Shown: positions 48,476 to 57,209 of the stretch, one piece after another
Layout of the letters: every line of letters begins with the position of its first letter
How positions within the stretch are numbered: the stretch's first letter is position 1
Assembly: GCA_965242865.1 (NCBI GenBank)
Contig: CBDETK010000013.1
Location: forward strand, 4,288,001-4,352,000
Source: Candidatus Latescibacterota bacterium
Lineage (GTDB): Bacteria > Latescibacterota > UBA2968 > UBA8231
Direction: 5' to 3'
Length of the DNA stretch: 64,000 bases
Translations under genes and position numbers: made by a program
The notes under the pieces: generated by a model
Seen by the model: only the letters and a program-made list of their open reading frames with translations
Database searches by the model: none
What the model was told of the DNA's origin: nothing

Positions 48476-50383
48476 TCAATAGGCCACGTGGATCAGGCGC
48501 GTGCGCTGGACTTCGTCGGCCGCCGCTTCTACCAAAGCTCGGGCGATGTAGGTCCCCGGTGGCACTTGAGTGCCGGCATTGTTCGTTCCGTCCCAGTGCC
48601 ACTGGGTATAACGTCCGGCGGTCAGTGCATCGGAGAGCACGTTTTTTATCAATCGCCCCGAAAGATCGTACACGAGGAGTTCGGTCGCGGCGGGCTGCAC
48701 CAAATGGATGAGCACAAAGGAGAAGACGGACGCATCGTTTATGCCATCGCCGTTGGGCGTTATAATCGGCGGGGCAACGGAAAAGGACTGCAACACGCTT
48801 TCGCCGCTGGCGAGGAAAATCACCTCCTGCGAATCCGTGCCCACTTCCCGCGTTGCGTCGCCCTCGGCAATGCGCTGGGGAAGGCTGCCGGTCGTATCCA
48901 GAAGCTGTCCCGTAAACTGAGTCGCAAAGAGCAGGGCCTGCGAGCGAAACGTAATCCGCAGACGCACATCTTGGCCGGTGCTAATGCGCCGGGACGGGAA
49001 ATAAACGCGCAAACCCGTGTCGTCTAAGCGCACGCTATCCGGCGGGGTCTCCGCCAGTTCGTCTCCCATTTCGAGCTTGAGAAACTCGGGCTGTCTCAGC
49101 GTTGAGATGCGCACGCCGTCAAAGCCCGTTCCGTCGCCTAAGTCGGCCCTTATGTCGTAGGTAAAAACCGTATCCCGGCCGGCCGGAACGGACGCGCGCC
49201 CACCGGCCGGAAAGGGATCGTCCAATAGGGCTACTTCGCTCAGTGCCAGCGCGGCCAGCGGCGGCGTATGCACGATGGCCAAACTATCGACCTGCATGCT
49301 CGCGGAGGTATTGCCTTCAAAGCGCAGACGCACCTGAAAAAAATCGCGCGGCCCCGGTAGATCCAGCGGAATGGAGTACGTGCCGCTGGAGTCGGCGATG
49401 AGTGGCTCCGTCCAAGAGGACCAGTGCGTGGCGTCCGGGCGAATGCTGCCCTTGAGGATCGACGGTAGATCGTCGTACTCTTCTTTGCTGACCAACACTT
49501 CCGACTGGGTTTCTACGTCGGCGATCTGGTAGTAGTCGAGCGGGGTTTCATCGACGCCGTTGCGCATCTGCACGATCACCCGCACAGGCTCATCGGCACC
49601 CGCGTTGCTTTCGCTCGCCTCAGACAGCGAAACTTTGCGGGCGCGAAAACTCAAGGCGCCGTAGTTGACAGGCTGGGCAAACTGGACGAGCTGGGTTTCG
49701 TAGAGCCCGCGCGGCACAAAGCCTTCGCCGTGGACCTCGATTTCCGCCAGTTCAAAGGGGTTCGGTGAAAGCACTCTGAGCTGAATAAAGCGCACCAGTT
49801 GGGTTGGGAAGCGCACATCTACTCTTGGGTCGCGGTTGATGGTCACTTGGCGCACGGCCTCGTAAACGGGCGAGTCATTGGCGTCGAAAGTACGCCCGTC
49901 ATTGAGTGATATTTCGTAGCCAGCGACGAACTCATCCTCTCCTTCACGGGGATAAAAAACAACCTGGCTAACTGGAAACGAAGCCCCGAGATCGAGAAAA
50001 AAAATGCGACCGCGCTGATTGACCCCCACTTCCTTAAAGCGATTTTCCGTGCTGGTCGCGCCATCCCCATCGACGAGGACCTCAGACCCCTCAATGCCCC
50101 GCGCCGAATTGTTCCACACCCGTCCGTTGCCTTCGGCGATAAAGCTGCTGGGTGCGCCGACCCCCCAGACGATGAACTGTGTTATATTTTGTTCCAGCGA
50201 AAAGCTGGCCGGCCCCAAGACCTGTCCGGCTCCTACGACGACCCCCGCCATAGTCTGCGCCGGCTCCTCCCAGACTTGCCCACCCAAGCCGACTCCCCAG
50301 ACATCGGCTCGCAGTTCCGCTGGCCTAATGCAGAACGACAGGGCCAGCCCGACCAAAGCAGTTCGCCCAAAGGAAGCCATCAT
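48476..50383 (-). CDS. Exported protein with discoidin-like module and TPNGDG/FlgD-Ig C-terminal domain (paralogue 1)
   Basis: Signal peptide; FLDLG, AEIEVHGEG, WSSWTEP, ITPNGDGIND..VYDLSG..WDGT..PGTY..HVAY. Confidence 0.8.
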   Translation of the reverse strand: MMASFGRTALVGLALSFCIRPAELRADVWGVGLGGQVWEEPAQTMAGVVVGAGQVLGPASFSLEQNITQFIVWGVGAPSSFIAEGNGRVWNNSARGIEGSEVLVDGDGATSTENRFKEVGVNQRGRIFFLDLGASFPVSQVVFYPREGEDEFVAGYEISLNDGRTFDANDSPVYEAVRQVTINRDPRVDVRFPTQLVRFIQLRVLSPNPFELAEIEVHGEGFVPRGLYETQLVQFAQPVNYGALSFRARKVSLSEASESNAGADEPVRVIVQMRNGVDETPLDYYQIADVETQSEVLVSKEEYDDLPSILKGSIRPDATHWSSWTEPLIADSSGTYSIPLDLPGPRDFFQVRLRFEGNTSASMQVDSLAIVHTPPLAALALSEVALLDDPFPAGGRASVPAGRDTVFTYDIRADLGDGTGFDGVRISTLRQPEFLKLEMGDELAETPPDSVRLDDTGLRVYFPSRRISTGQDVRLRITFRSQALLFATQFTGQLLDTTGSLPQRIAEGDATREVGTDSQEVIFLASGESVLQSFSVAPPIITPNGDGINDASVFSFVLIHLVQPAATELLVYDLSGRLIKNVLSDALTAGRYTQWHWDGTNNAGTQVPPGTYIARALVEAAADEVQRTRLIHVAY

Positions 50384-51243
50384 TGCCTATTTACCAGCTC
50401 GGGCGGTGGCTGAAACCCCTTAAACACCGCGCGCTGAAAGTGAAAGGTTAGATCTTTGGTCTCCACCGGCTCGTTGCGGTAGTTGTATCGCAATGCAATA
50501 TCTCGGATGTGGACGGAAAACTCCGTCACGTCGGGTGCCAGACTCGGAAAAACGACAAAACCCTCTGCCTCTTGGCCACTGAAGACGATCTGCTCCTGAA
50601 ACAGAGTGCGCCCGAGCACGTCTTCGCGCTCGTTAAAACGCCGGTATTCGTTGCCGGCATATCCCTGAATAAACGAATAGTAATACTCCAGAATCTGCAG
50701 TGGTTCTAAAGGTGCGTACTGGCGATACCCGTCCTTTGAAATCAGCTCGATTTTGAGGGGATCGACGCCGACTTTGGGGTAAGCGTAGTTTTTAACTTTT
50801 AGCAGCCATACGCTGTGTTTGGGCGGTGTCCACTCTTCGCCCATGCGCTTCCAGTTGCCGAAAGTATAGGGGTTGGTCGATGCGGGCCCTTGCGTGGATT
50901 GCTGTGGGAATTTGCGGTTCAATTCGGCGTCGGTCATGGGGCGCAGACCGATTTCCAGACGCTCGAATGAATAGGTGATCAGGCCATCGTCTTTAATGAC
51001 CATATCGGCTTCCTGCTGTCCCTGTGGAGCGGGCTGAATTGGCCCGTCGAAATAACGCCCGCATCCTGCCAACATCGCTAGGGAACAAAGCCACCAACCG
51101 AACCGTAAGTACGCGACCCTTGCTTTGCGTCCGCCTTTTCTGCTGTTCCCGTTGCGTCCGGGACCGCGGGCGTCCCGCCCTCGACGAGGGCAAGGTGACT
51201 GCGATCCTTGGAAGGCGGAGGGCTGGTGTCGCGTAGTAAACAT
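50380..51243 (-). CDS. Hypothetical lipoprotein (Ig-like beta-sandwich suspected)
   Basis: Lipobox LAGC; ATGA coupling to the next gene; nearest usable ATG upstream of the hydrophobic segment is 51243. Confidence 0.7.
   Translation of the reverse strand: MFTTRHQPSAFQGSQSPCPRRGRDARGPGRNGNSRKGGRKARVAYLRFGWWLCSLAMLAGCGRYFDGPIQPAPQGQQEADMVIKDDGLITYSFERLEIGLRPMTDAELNRKFPQQSTQGPASTNPYTFGNWKRMGEEWTPPKHSVWLLKVKNYAYPKVGVDPLKIELISKDGYRQYAPLEPLQILEYYYSFIQGYAGNEYRRFNEREDVLGRTLFQEQIVFSGQEAEGFVVFPSLAPDVTEFSVHIRDIALRYNYRNEPVETKDLTFHFQRAVFKGFQPPPELVNRQ
51160..51190. repeat. REP-like GC-rich palindromic element
   Basis: GGGACCGCGGGCGTCCCGCCCTCGACGAGGG; contains GGGAC/GTCCC and CCCTC/GAGGG stems. Confidence 0.45.
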
Positions 51244-51281
51244 CGCATTAACCTTGGGAAGGGGACATTGCACTGGTGGTC

Positions 51282-51311
51282 ATTGGGCGGCGGCAGAGGC
51301 CGCCGCCCAAT
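51282..51311. other. Perfect 13-bp intergenic hairpin without U-tract
   Basis: ATTGGGCGGCGGC-AGAG-GCCGCCGCCCAAT just downstream of the 51334-52260 gene. Confidence 0.7.
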
Positions 51312-51333
51312 CTGTGGCCAAAGGACCGTTCGG

Positions 51334-52260
51334 CTAGTCGCTGAAGGTCGCTTTGATTTTTGCCCAGCTCTCGGATTCCACGGAGGTGCCCCCGCCGTCG
51401 GCGCGATCGTACTCGTCTGCGCCTAGCAGCGTGTATTCCGAGCAGACATCGCAGTTGCCCGAAGCACCGTCCTCGCCGGCGGTTGCCAACTGATGCGTGC
51501 GGCGGTCTTCGGGGTTATCCGCTTCGTTCAACTGGTAGGTCAGGCGGATGAGCTGCCCAGCCTCGTTTTCGTGGCGGATGCTGTTGTCCGGCCCGTCCAA
51601 CGACGCGTAATCCCAGAGGGGGATGCTGTATTCGTAGTTGACCGTGACGTTGGTCGAACCCGTGGTCGCTCCCGGAGGATTGGTCGTCACTCTGGACTCG
51701 GCAAATTCGTCCATCCAGTGGATTTCCTCGACGACCTGCCAGCGCAACCACCACGAGCCGTCGCCGCCATAAGGCGTTTCATAGATCCCGGGGACCGGCA
51801 AGTGCATGGTGAATTGCTGCCCCTCGGCGCGCGTGCCCGACTCGCCGTCGCCGTCGTGCGGACCGCCGCTGGCATTGGCGTCGGTGATGATCTCGAGATC
51901 GTCGTCGCGCCAGCCATCGTCAAATACGTCCGAAGTGACGACTAGGGTGTCGTCGGTGGCGCGGACAAATCCGTAGAGCTTGTTGTCGCGGTCCGTGCCC
52001 GTCCACGCCGTCATGATGGCCACGTCGAGATCGCTCTTGTCCAGCACTTCGGCCTTCTGGATTTCATACATCTCGTCGGGACCAACGGTGAAAATGTCGT
52101 CGAACCACGCCCAGTCGCTAGCGTCGCCATCAATGGTGATGGTGACGTCAGCAGGCACCTCCAAGGCGAAGTAGCCAATGCCGTTGGCATTGGACTGGCC
52201 CCAAGCGAAGCTAGCCAGTGACGCGGATAACATTGCGGCTATGAGTGCGTTCTTGCGCAT
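51334..52260 (-). CDS. Secreted acidic CBM9/DOMON-like protein with C-terminal W-x-x-I-K tail
   Basis: RBS TAAGGAG, signal peptide, ITIDGDASDW, LYGFVRATDD, DDLEI.TDAN, YEYSIP; tail TSVESESWAKIKATFSD. Confidence 0.75.
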   Translation of the reverse strand: MRKNALIAAMLSASLASFAWGQSNANGIGYFALEVPADVTITIDGDASDWAWFDDIFTVGPDEMYEIQKAEVLDKSDLDVAIMTAWTGTDRDNKLYGFVRATDDTLVVTSDVFDDGWRDDDLEIITDANASGGPHDGDGESGTRAEGQQFTMHLPVPGIYETPYGGDGSWWLRWQVVEEIHWMDEFAESRVTTNPPGATTGSTNVTVNYEYSIPLWDYASLDGPDNSIRHENEAGQLIRLTYQLNEADNPEDRRTHQLATAGEDGASGNCDVCSEYTLLGADEYDRADGGGTSVESESWAKIKATFSD

Positions 52261-52410
52261 GTTTTTCTCCTTATCGGATAGGATAGAGATATTGTGAGAG
52301 AATAGAGATGTTGCTCTTAGCTGCTGCTGCGAATGCTGTGTCCATTTACCTCCTTCCGCATTTTAGAGTAGAGGGGTCCGGGCTCGTCTATGCGTGGAAA
52401 CGCAGAGCCG

Positions 52411-54123
52411 CTACTTTTCCAAGTTAGACAGGGCCTGTTCGTCGATAACTATCTCAGCCCTGTATTTATGCCTCAGCTCAGCTAGGTATCTATCAAAGCC
52501 TTCTTCAACCGCGTGCCGATGGGCATAGCGCAATTGACGCCATATTCTAGACTGCACCTTGGGTGCAGAAAAAGAGAGGGTTTTTTCCGGGCGCATCGCC
52601 AGCACTTTGAGGACGAGGTAGCCCGTCGTATCGCCGCTCAACTGGATGGGGAGCGGCCCCTTGATGCCGCCAACCGACATGCCCCGCACGGCCTGGATCA
52701 TGGTCGCCATAGCGCCTTGGGCCGTTGCTGTGTCAGCAAGCGCGAAATTAAATATGTCGAACTGGCGTACGCGCCCGTTAAATGCCGGGTACTCGCGCAT
52801 GATCTCGGCCATATCCTCACCGGCGCGTACGCGCCGGGCAATGGCGTGTGAAGCCGTTTCCGAATCGACCAGTGCGCCAGCAAAGAATGTGTGCATCGGC
52901 AGCGTGAATTCGTCTGCTAAGTCCCGATATAGAGTGCGTAGCTGATCCTCGGTGACGAAGCGCGATTCTACTTCTGTTCGCCGTAGCAGCTCGGCCATGG
53001 CTTTTTCGCGCTTATCCCGCACGTACTCAACCATAGCCTGCTCGCGGTCCAACCCTCGTTGCCGGGCCAGCCGGGGCAGCAGGATGTTGCGCAGTGCTTC
53101 GTCTTGGGCAAATTCGACCACGGCGGTACTGTCTATGGCGTGGGGACGACGCCTCGGTTCGGCCTCCTCTACCAAAGCCATGTACGCGCTCAGGTCGATG
53201 CGCCCGCCACGGTAGCGCAGCAGGACGTGCGCGTGGTCTCCTGCTTCTAGCACCGGCACACCGTCTTCGGCCAATCGCCCCCGCTGTAGCAATACGCCCA
53301 ATACCTGTGTATCTACTGAAAAACCAAAGTGCGTTTTCTGGTCGGCTAAGTATTTGGCCCAGCGATCCTTTTTTTGCTGCTTTTTCAGCGTTTGGCGAAG
53401 CATCTTCTGTTGACGCTCAAAACGGACGGAGCGCTCTTCATCGGCCCTGATTAGGTGGTAGGTTCCCTGCGGGTTGAGGTACGGTTCGGACACTTGGCCG
53501 ACCTGCAGGCGAAAAAGCTCGGCGACAAACCCGCTGTGCTGTGCTTCTTCCTCCTGCCAGAACCCCATATCGCCACCTTTGGCCGCCGATGAGCGATCGA
53601 GGGACTGCTCGTGCGCCAGTACTGCAAAATCGGCCCCTTGCCGCAGCCGCGCTTGGATGGCCCGGGCTTCTTCGAGGCTGCCTACCTGAATGTGACTCGC
53701 CCGCAGCTCCCGCTTTTTGTGCAATCCGCTCTGGTGAAAATGCGACCAAAGCTCCTCTTCCGATATAGAGACATCGCCCGTGACTTCCCCGTACAAACGC
53801 TCAACGAGTCGCCGGTCGCGTGCCTGTTGTACGCGGGCGACTACGTCGGGATGCTGATCCAAGCCCTTTGCCCTAGCCTCTAAGACCAGCAGCTTGCGGT
53901 CGATAAAAGGCTGGAGCATTTCTCGCGCATTACCTGCTGCAAAACGACGCATAGTGCGCTCGGCGCGGAGCAAGTCATCTACCAAAATGACCTCGCTCCC
54001 GACTCTGGCCAGCACGGCTGAATTCACGGCCCATGAATCGACCGCCGTTAGCCCGACCATCGCCGTTACAGCGCAAACCAGCACTCCTTTTGTCGCCGCC
54101 AATCCAATGCTCATAAGCCGCAT
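52411..54123 (-). CDS. Parvulin-type peptidyl-prolyl isomerase / SurA-PrsA-like chaperone
   Basis: Signal peptide; RASHIQV, GADFAVLA..SLD..AKGGDMG, VSEP, YHLI; second degenerate PPIase module. Confidence 0.88.
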   Translation of the reverse strand: MRLMSIGLAATKGVLVCAVTAMVGLTAVDSWAVNSAVLARVGSEVILVDDLLRAERTMRRFAAGNAREMLQPFIDRKLLVLEARAKGLDQHPDVVARVQQARDRRLVERLYGEVTGDVSISEEELWSHFHQSGLHKKRELRASHIQVGSLEEARAIQARLRQGADFAVLAHEQSLDRSSAAKGGDMGFWQEEEAQHSGFVAELFRLQVGQVSEPYLNPQGTYHLIRADEERSVRFERQQKMLRQTLKKQQKKDRWAKYLADQKTHFGFSVDTQVLGVLLQRGRLAEDGVPVLEAGDHAHVLLRYRGGRIDLSAYMALVEEAEPRRRPHAIDSTAVVEFAQDEALRNILLPRLARQRGLDREQAMVEYVRDKREKAMAELLRRTEVESRFVTEDQLRTLYRDLADEFTLPMHTFFAGALVDSETASHAIARRVRAGEDMAEIMREYPAFNGRVRQFDIFNFALADTATAQGAMATMIQAVRGMSVGGIKGPLPIQLSGDTTGYLVLKVLAMRPEKTLSFSAPKVQSRIWRQLRYAHRHAVEEGFDRYLAELRHKYRAEIVIDEQALSNLEK

Positions 54124-54248
54124 AGCCGTATTACAACCTTGGGAATGTCCGTCTCGTACAGGGTTTGTAGCATCGAAGATGAAAAGAGGGTATAAAAAAA
54201 AAGCCCTGTGTCAAGCGGCGCTCTTCCACGTCGAGCTACCAATACGCC

Positions 54249-55817
54249 CTACGTGTGCGCTTGCTCTAGAGCGGCGTACTCGCCGATGCGCTCGTCGTAC
54301 GCGGCGACGGCCCTTGGCTCCGGCTCGATGGTTGATCCGGCGACCGGCTGGGCGAATGGCTCAACGACTTCCGCCCACGAAGGCGCGTGACCGGCGGCGG
54401 ATTGGTGGGCGTGGGCGGCGCGCAAGGCCGCGCCTAGGGCCGCCGAATTGGTCGTCTCAAAGCGGTGGACCGGGCAGTTGTGGACGTTGGCGAAGACGCG
54501 CAGAATTTCGGCGTTGGCCGACGCGCCGCCGGTGACGTAGAGCGAGGAAATTTCTACCCCCATCCAACGCGCGTGGATGCGCGAGGAAAAGGCTTGGGCT
54601 TCGATGACGGCGCGAACATTGGCCGGCGCGTCGGCCGGGTCGAGGTTTTGGCGCACGACGTTGGCTTGGGGGACTTTGGGGACGATTTCCGGCGCAAAGT
54701 AAGGCAGCATGAGCGCGCCGTTGTTGCCCGGGGGGGTGGCGCGTAGGGCGTGGGTGAACTGATCCCAGTTCAGGCCGAATTGGTCGCGCACGGCCTCGCG
54801 GGCCAAGCTGCCGTTGAGATAGCAAGTCAGGGCCATGTAGTGCGCGTCGTCGGGCGAGGCAAAGACCGCGCCCTCGCCAGCGGCGGAAGTGCGCGGCTGG
54901 TCTAGGCAGGCGAACAGGGTGTCCGAAGTGCCCAAGCTCAGGGCGACTTGCCCGGGGGCGACGAGCCCGAGGCCGATGAGGCTGCACGGATTGTCGCCCG
55001 AAAAGGGCAACGCGAGGCAGTCGTCGGCAAAGCCGTAGCGACCTACGTAATACGGACTGATGGGGCCGACGGGCTGGCCAGCGGGGGTGATGGGTAGGAG
55101 TTTGGCGGCTAAGCCGGGGGCGGTAGCGTCGAGTGCGCGTGGGCTCCACTGGCGCGTGGCAATGTCCATCAAGTTGGTGCCGCTGCCGTCGCCCGAATCA
55201 ACGCCGACGAGCCGTCCAGCGAGCAGGCTGGCGACGTAGGAGCTGACCAAGCCGATGTGCGTAGTGTTGGCGTACGCGGCGGGTTCGGTTTGGTAAAACT
55301 TGCGAATCTGCGGGCCGCTGAAGCGCTCAAAGGCCGGGTTGCCCGTGAGCGCGCGCAGGTTTTCGCGCCCGCCGACGCCCGCTTCGATCTCGGCGCATTG
55401 CGAGGCCGTGGAAGTGTCCATCCATACAGGGGCTGTCGGGCGGGCGAAGATGGCGGCGAGTTGGTTTTTGAGCGGCTGGCTGGGCGACAGACGCGCTAGG
55501 GCTGGGCGGGCGTTGGCGTTGAGATAGACGGTGCCGTGCTGCTGGCCGCTGCCGGCGACCGCCCGCACTGCGCTGAGGTCGTGGCCTTGGGCGGCGAGCG
55601 TTTGCAGGAGCAAGTCTAGTGCTTCGGCCCACATCAGGGGTGCGCTGTGGACCACGCCCGCGCCGAGGTCGAGGACGCCGTTGACGACCCCGTACGTGGC
55701 TTTGAAGTGCTCGTCGAAGTTGACGGACGCCTCCGCGACGATGGTGCGCTGGTCTGCGTCGATGAGCAGGCCGGTGATGGATTGAGTGCTAGCGTCGATG
55801 CCCAAATAGTTGCTCAT
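54249..55817 (-). CDS. xylB: Xylulokinase (FGGY family, eukaryote-like subtype)
   Basis: LGIDASTQS, GSGQQHGTVY, VWMDTST, ERFSGPQIRK, GDNP, SLGTSDT, TGGASAN. Confidence 0.85.
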   Translation of the reverse strand: MSNYLGIDASTQSITGLLIDADQRTIVAEASVNFDEHFKATYGVVNGVLDLGAGVVHSAPLMWAEALDLLLQTLAAQGHDLSAVRAVAGSGQQHGTVYLNANARPALARLSPSQPLKNQLAAIFARPTAPVWMDTSTASQCAEIEAGVGGRENLRALTGNPAFERFSGPQIRKFYQTEPAAYANTTHIGLVSSYVASLLAGRLVGVDSGDGSGTNLMDIATRQWSPRALDATAPGLAAKLLPITPAGQPVGPISPYYVGRYGFADDCLALPFSGDNPCSLIGLGLVAPGQVALSLGTSDTLFACLDQPRTSAAGEGAVFASPDDAHYMALTCYLNGSLAREAVRDQFGLNWDQFTHALRATPPGNNGALMLPYFAPEIVPKVPQANVVRQNLDPADAPANVRAVIEAQAFSSRIHARWMGVEISSLYVTGGASANAEILRVFANVHNCPVHRFETTNSAALGAALRAAHAHQSAAGHAPSWAEVVEPFAQPVAGSTIEPEPRAVAAYDERIGEYAALEQAHT

Positions 55818-55890
55818 AGGAGTGCCCCAACGTAGTTTTTGTGAGCTAATCACACTCAAATTAACAAACGCGCTGGGGAGAACAAAACCA

Positions 55891-57207
55891 ATGGAGGCAT
55901 TGGCGGTGCAGCCCGAAATCGCGGGGACGCTGGCAACGGTGGACCCGCAAGTCGAGGCCATCATTCGCGCTGAAAACAGACGTCAGCACAACAAAATTCG
56001 CCTAATCCCATCTGAAAATTACGCCAGTCAAGCCGTGCTTGAAGCGAGCGGTTCAATCCTGACGAATAAGTATTCCGAAGGGTACGCGGGTGCGCGCTAC
56101 TACGAGGGCCAGCGAGAAATCGACAAGATCGAGCGGCTTTGCATTGAGCGCGCCCAGGAGGTTTTTGGGGCCGAGCACGTCAATGTGCAGCCCTATTCGG
56201 GGTCGCCGGCCAATCAGGCCGTGTACGTCGGCCTCTGCCAGCCGGGCGATGCGGTCATGGGCTTGGCGCTGGCGCACGGAGGTCATCTGACGCACGGCGA
56301 CCGCGTTAGCATCTCGGGGATGCACTACAAGTCCGTGCAATACGGAGTGGACCGGGACACCGGCCAAATCGACTTCGACCAAGTCGAATCGCTGGCTAAA
56401 GAGCACCGGCCCAAGCTGATCTTCTGTGGGGGCACGGCCTATCCGCGCATCATTGACTTTGTGCGCTTTGCCGAGATCGGGCATTCGGTGGGGGCCATCG
56501 TGGTCGCCGACATCGCGCATATTGCTGGGTTGGTGGCCGCCGGAGTGCATCCCAGCCCGGTGCCGCACGTAGATGTGGTAACTACTACTACTCACAAGTC
56601 GCTGCGGGGGCCGCGCGGCGGCATGATCTTGTGCCGGGCGCAGTACGCGGAAGCCCTCGATAAAGCGGTGTTTCCCGGCTTGCAGGGCGGGCCGCACAAC
56701 AACACCACGGCGGCGATTGCCGTGGTGCTCAAGGAGGCGACGAGCGCGGAGTTTAAGCGGTATGCCCAGCAGACGGTCGCCAATGCCCAGACCTTGGCCG
56801 CCGCTCTGGCGGCGCGGGGGTTTGCCCTCAGCTCGGGCGGCACCGACAATCACCTGATCCTCATGGACATGACCCATAAAGGCGTTACGGGTTACGCGAT
56901 GGCCAAGGCACTGGACGCTTCGGGCATCGTCTGCAATTTCAACCGCGTGCCCTTTGATCTGCGCCCGGCGCGCAAGCCCAGCGGCATCCGCATCGGCACG
57001 CCGGCGATTACCAGCCGGGGCTTTGGCGCGGAGGAGATGGAGCAGTTGGCCGAGTGGATCGATCGGGTCGCCGAGGTCCGGTCCAATAGAGCACTGGAAC
57101 TCAATGACCGCAAAGCGGAGTACGCCGAGGTGGCGGCTGAGGTGCGGGCACTCTGCGCCCACTTCCCAGCCCCCGGCTTACTCTACGACCGCGGGGGACG
57201 GCCCTAG
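55891..57207 (+). CDS. glyA: Serine hydroxymethyltransferase
   Basis: LIPSENY, NKYSEGY, NVQPYSGS, GGHLTHG, TTTHKSLRGPRGG, GTDNH, SGIRIGTP. Confidence 0.98.
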   Translation: MEALAVQPEIAGTLATVDPQVEAIIRAENRRQHNKIRLIPSENYASQAVLEASGSILTNKYSEGYAGARYYEGQREIDKIERLCIERAQEVFGAEHVNVQPYSGSPANQAVYVGLCQPGDAVMGLALAHGGHLTHGDRVSISGMHYKSVQYGVDRDTGQIDFDQVESLAKEHRPKLIFCGGTAYPRIIDFVRFAEIGHSVGAIVVADIAHIAGLVAAGVHPSPVPHVDVVTTTTHKSLRGPRGGMILCRAQYAEALDKAVFPGLQGGPHNNTTAAIAVVLKEATSAEFKRYAQQTVANAQTLAAALAARGFALSSGGTDNHLILMDMTHKGVTGYAMAKALDASGIVCNFNRVPFDLRPARKPSGIRIGTPAITSRGFGAEEMEQLAEWIDRVAEVRSNRALELNDRKAEYAEVAAEVRALCAHFPAPGLLYDRGGRP

Positions 57208-57209
57208 AG

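Noticed and set aside
44163-50383. Flagellar hook-cap genes (flgD)
   Set aside because: Only the C-terminal Ig-like module resembles FlgD; no flagellar genes and the proteins have Sec signals.
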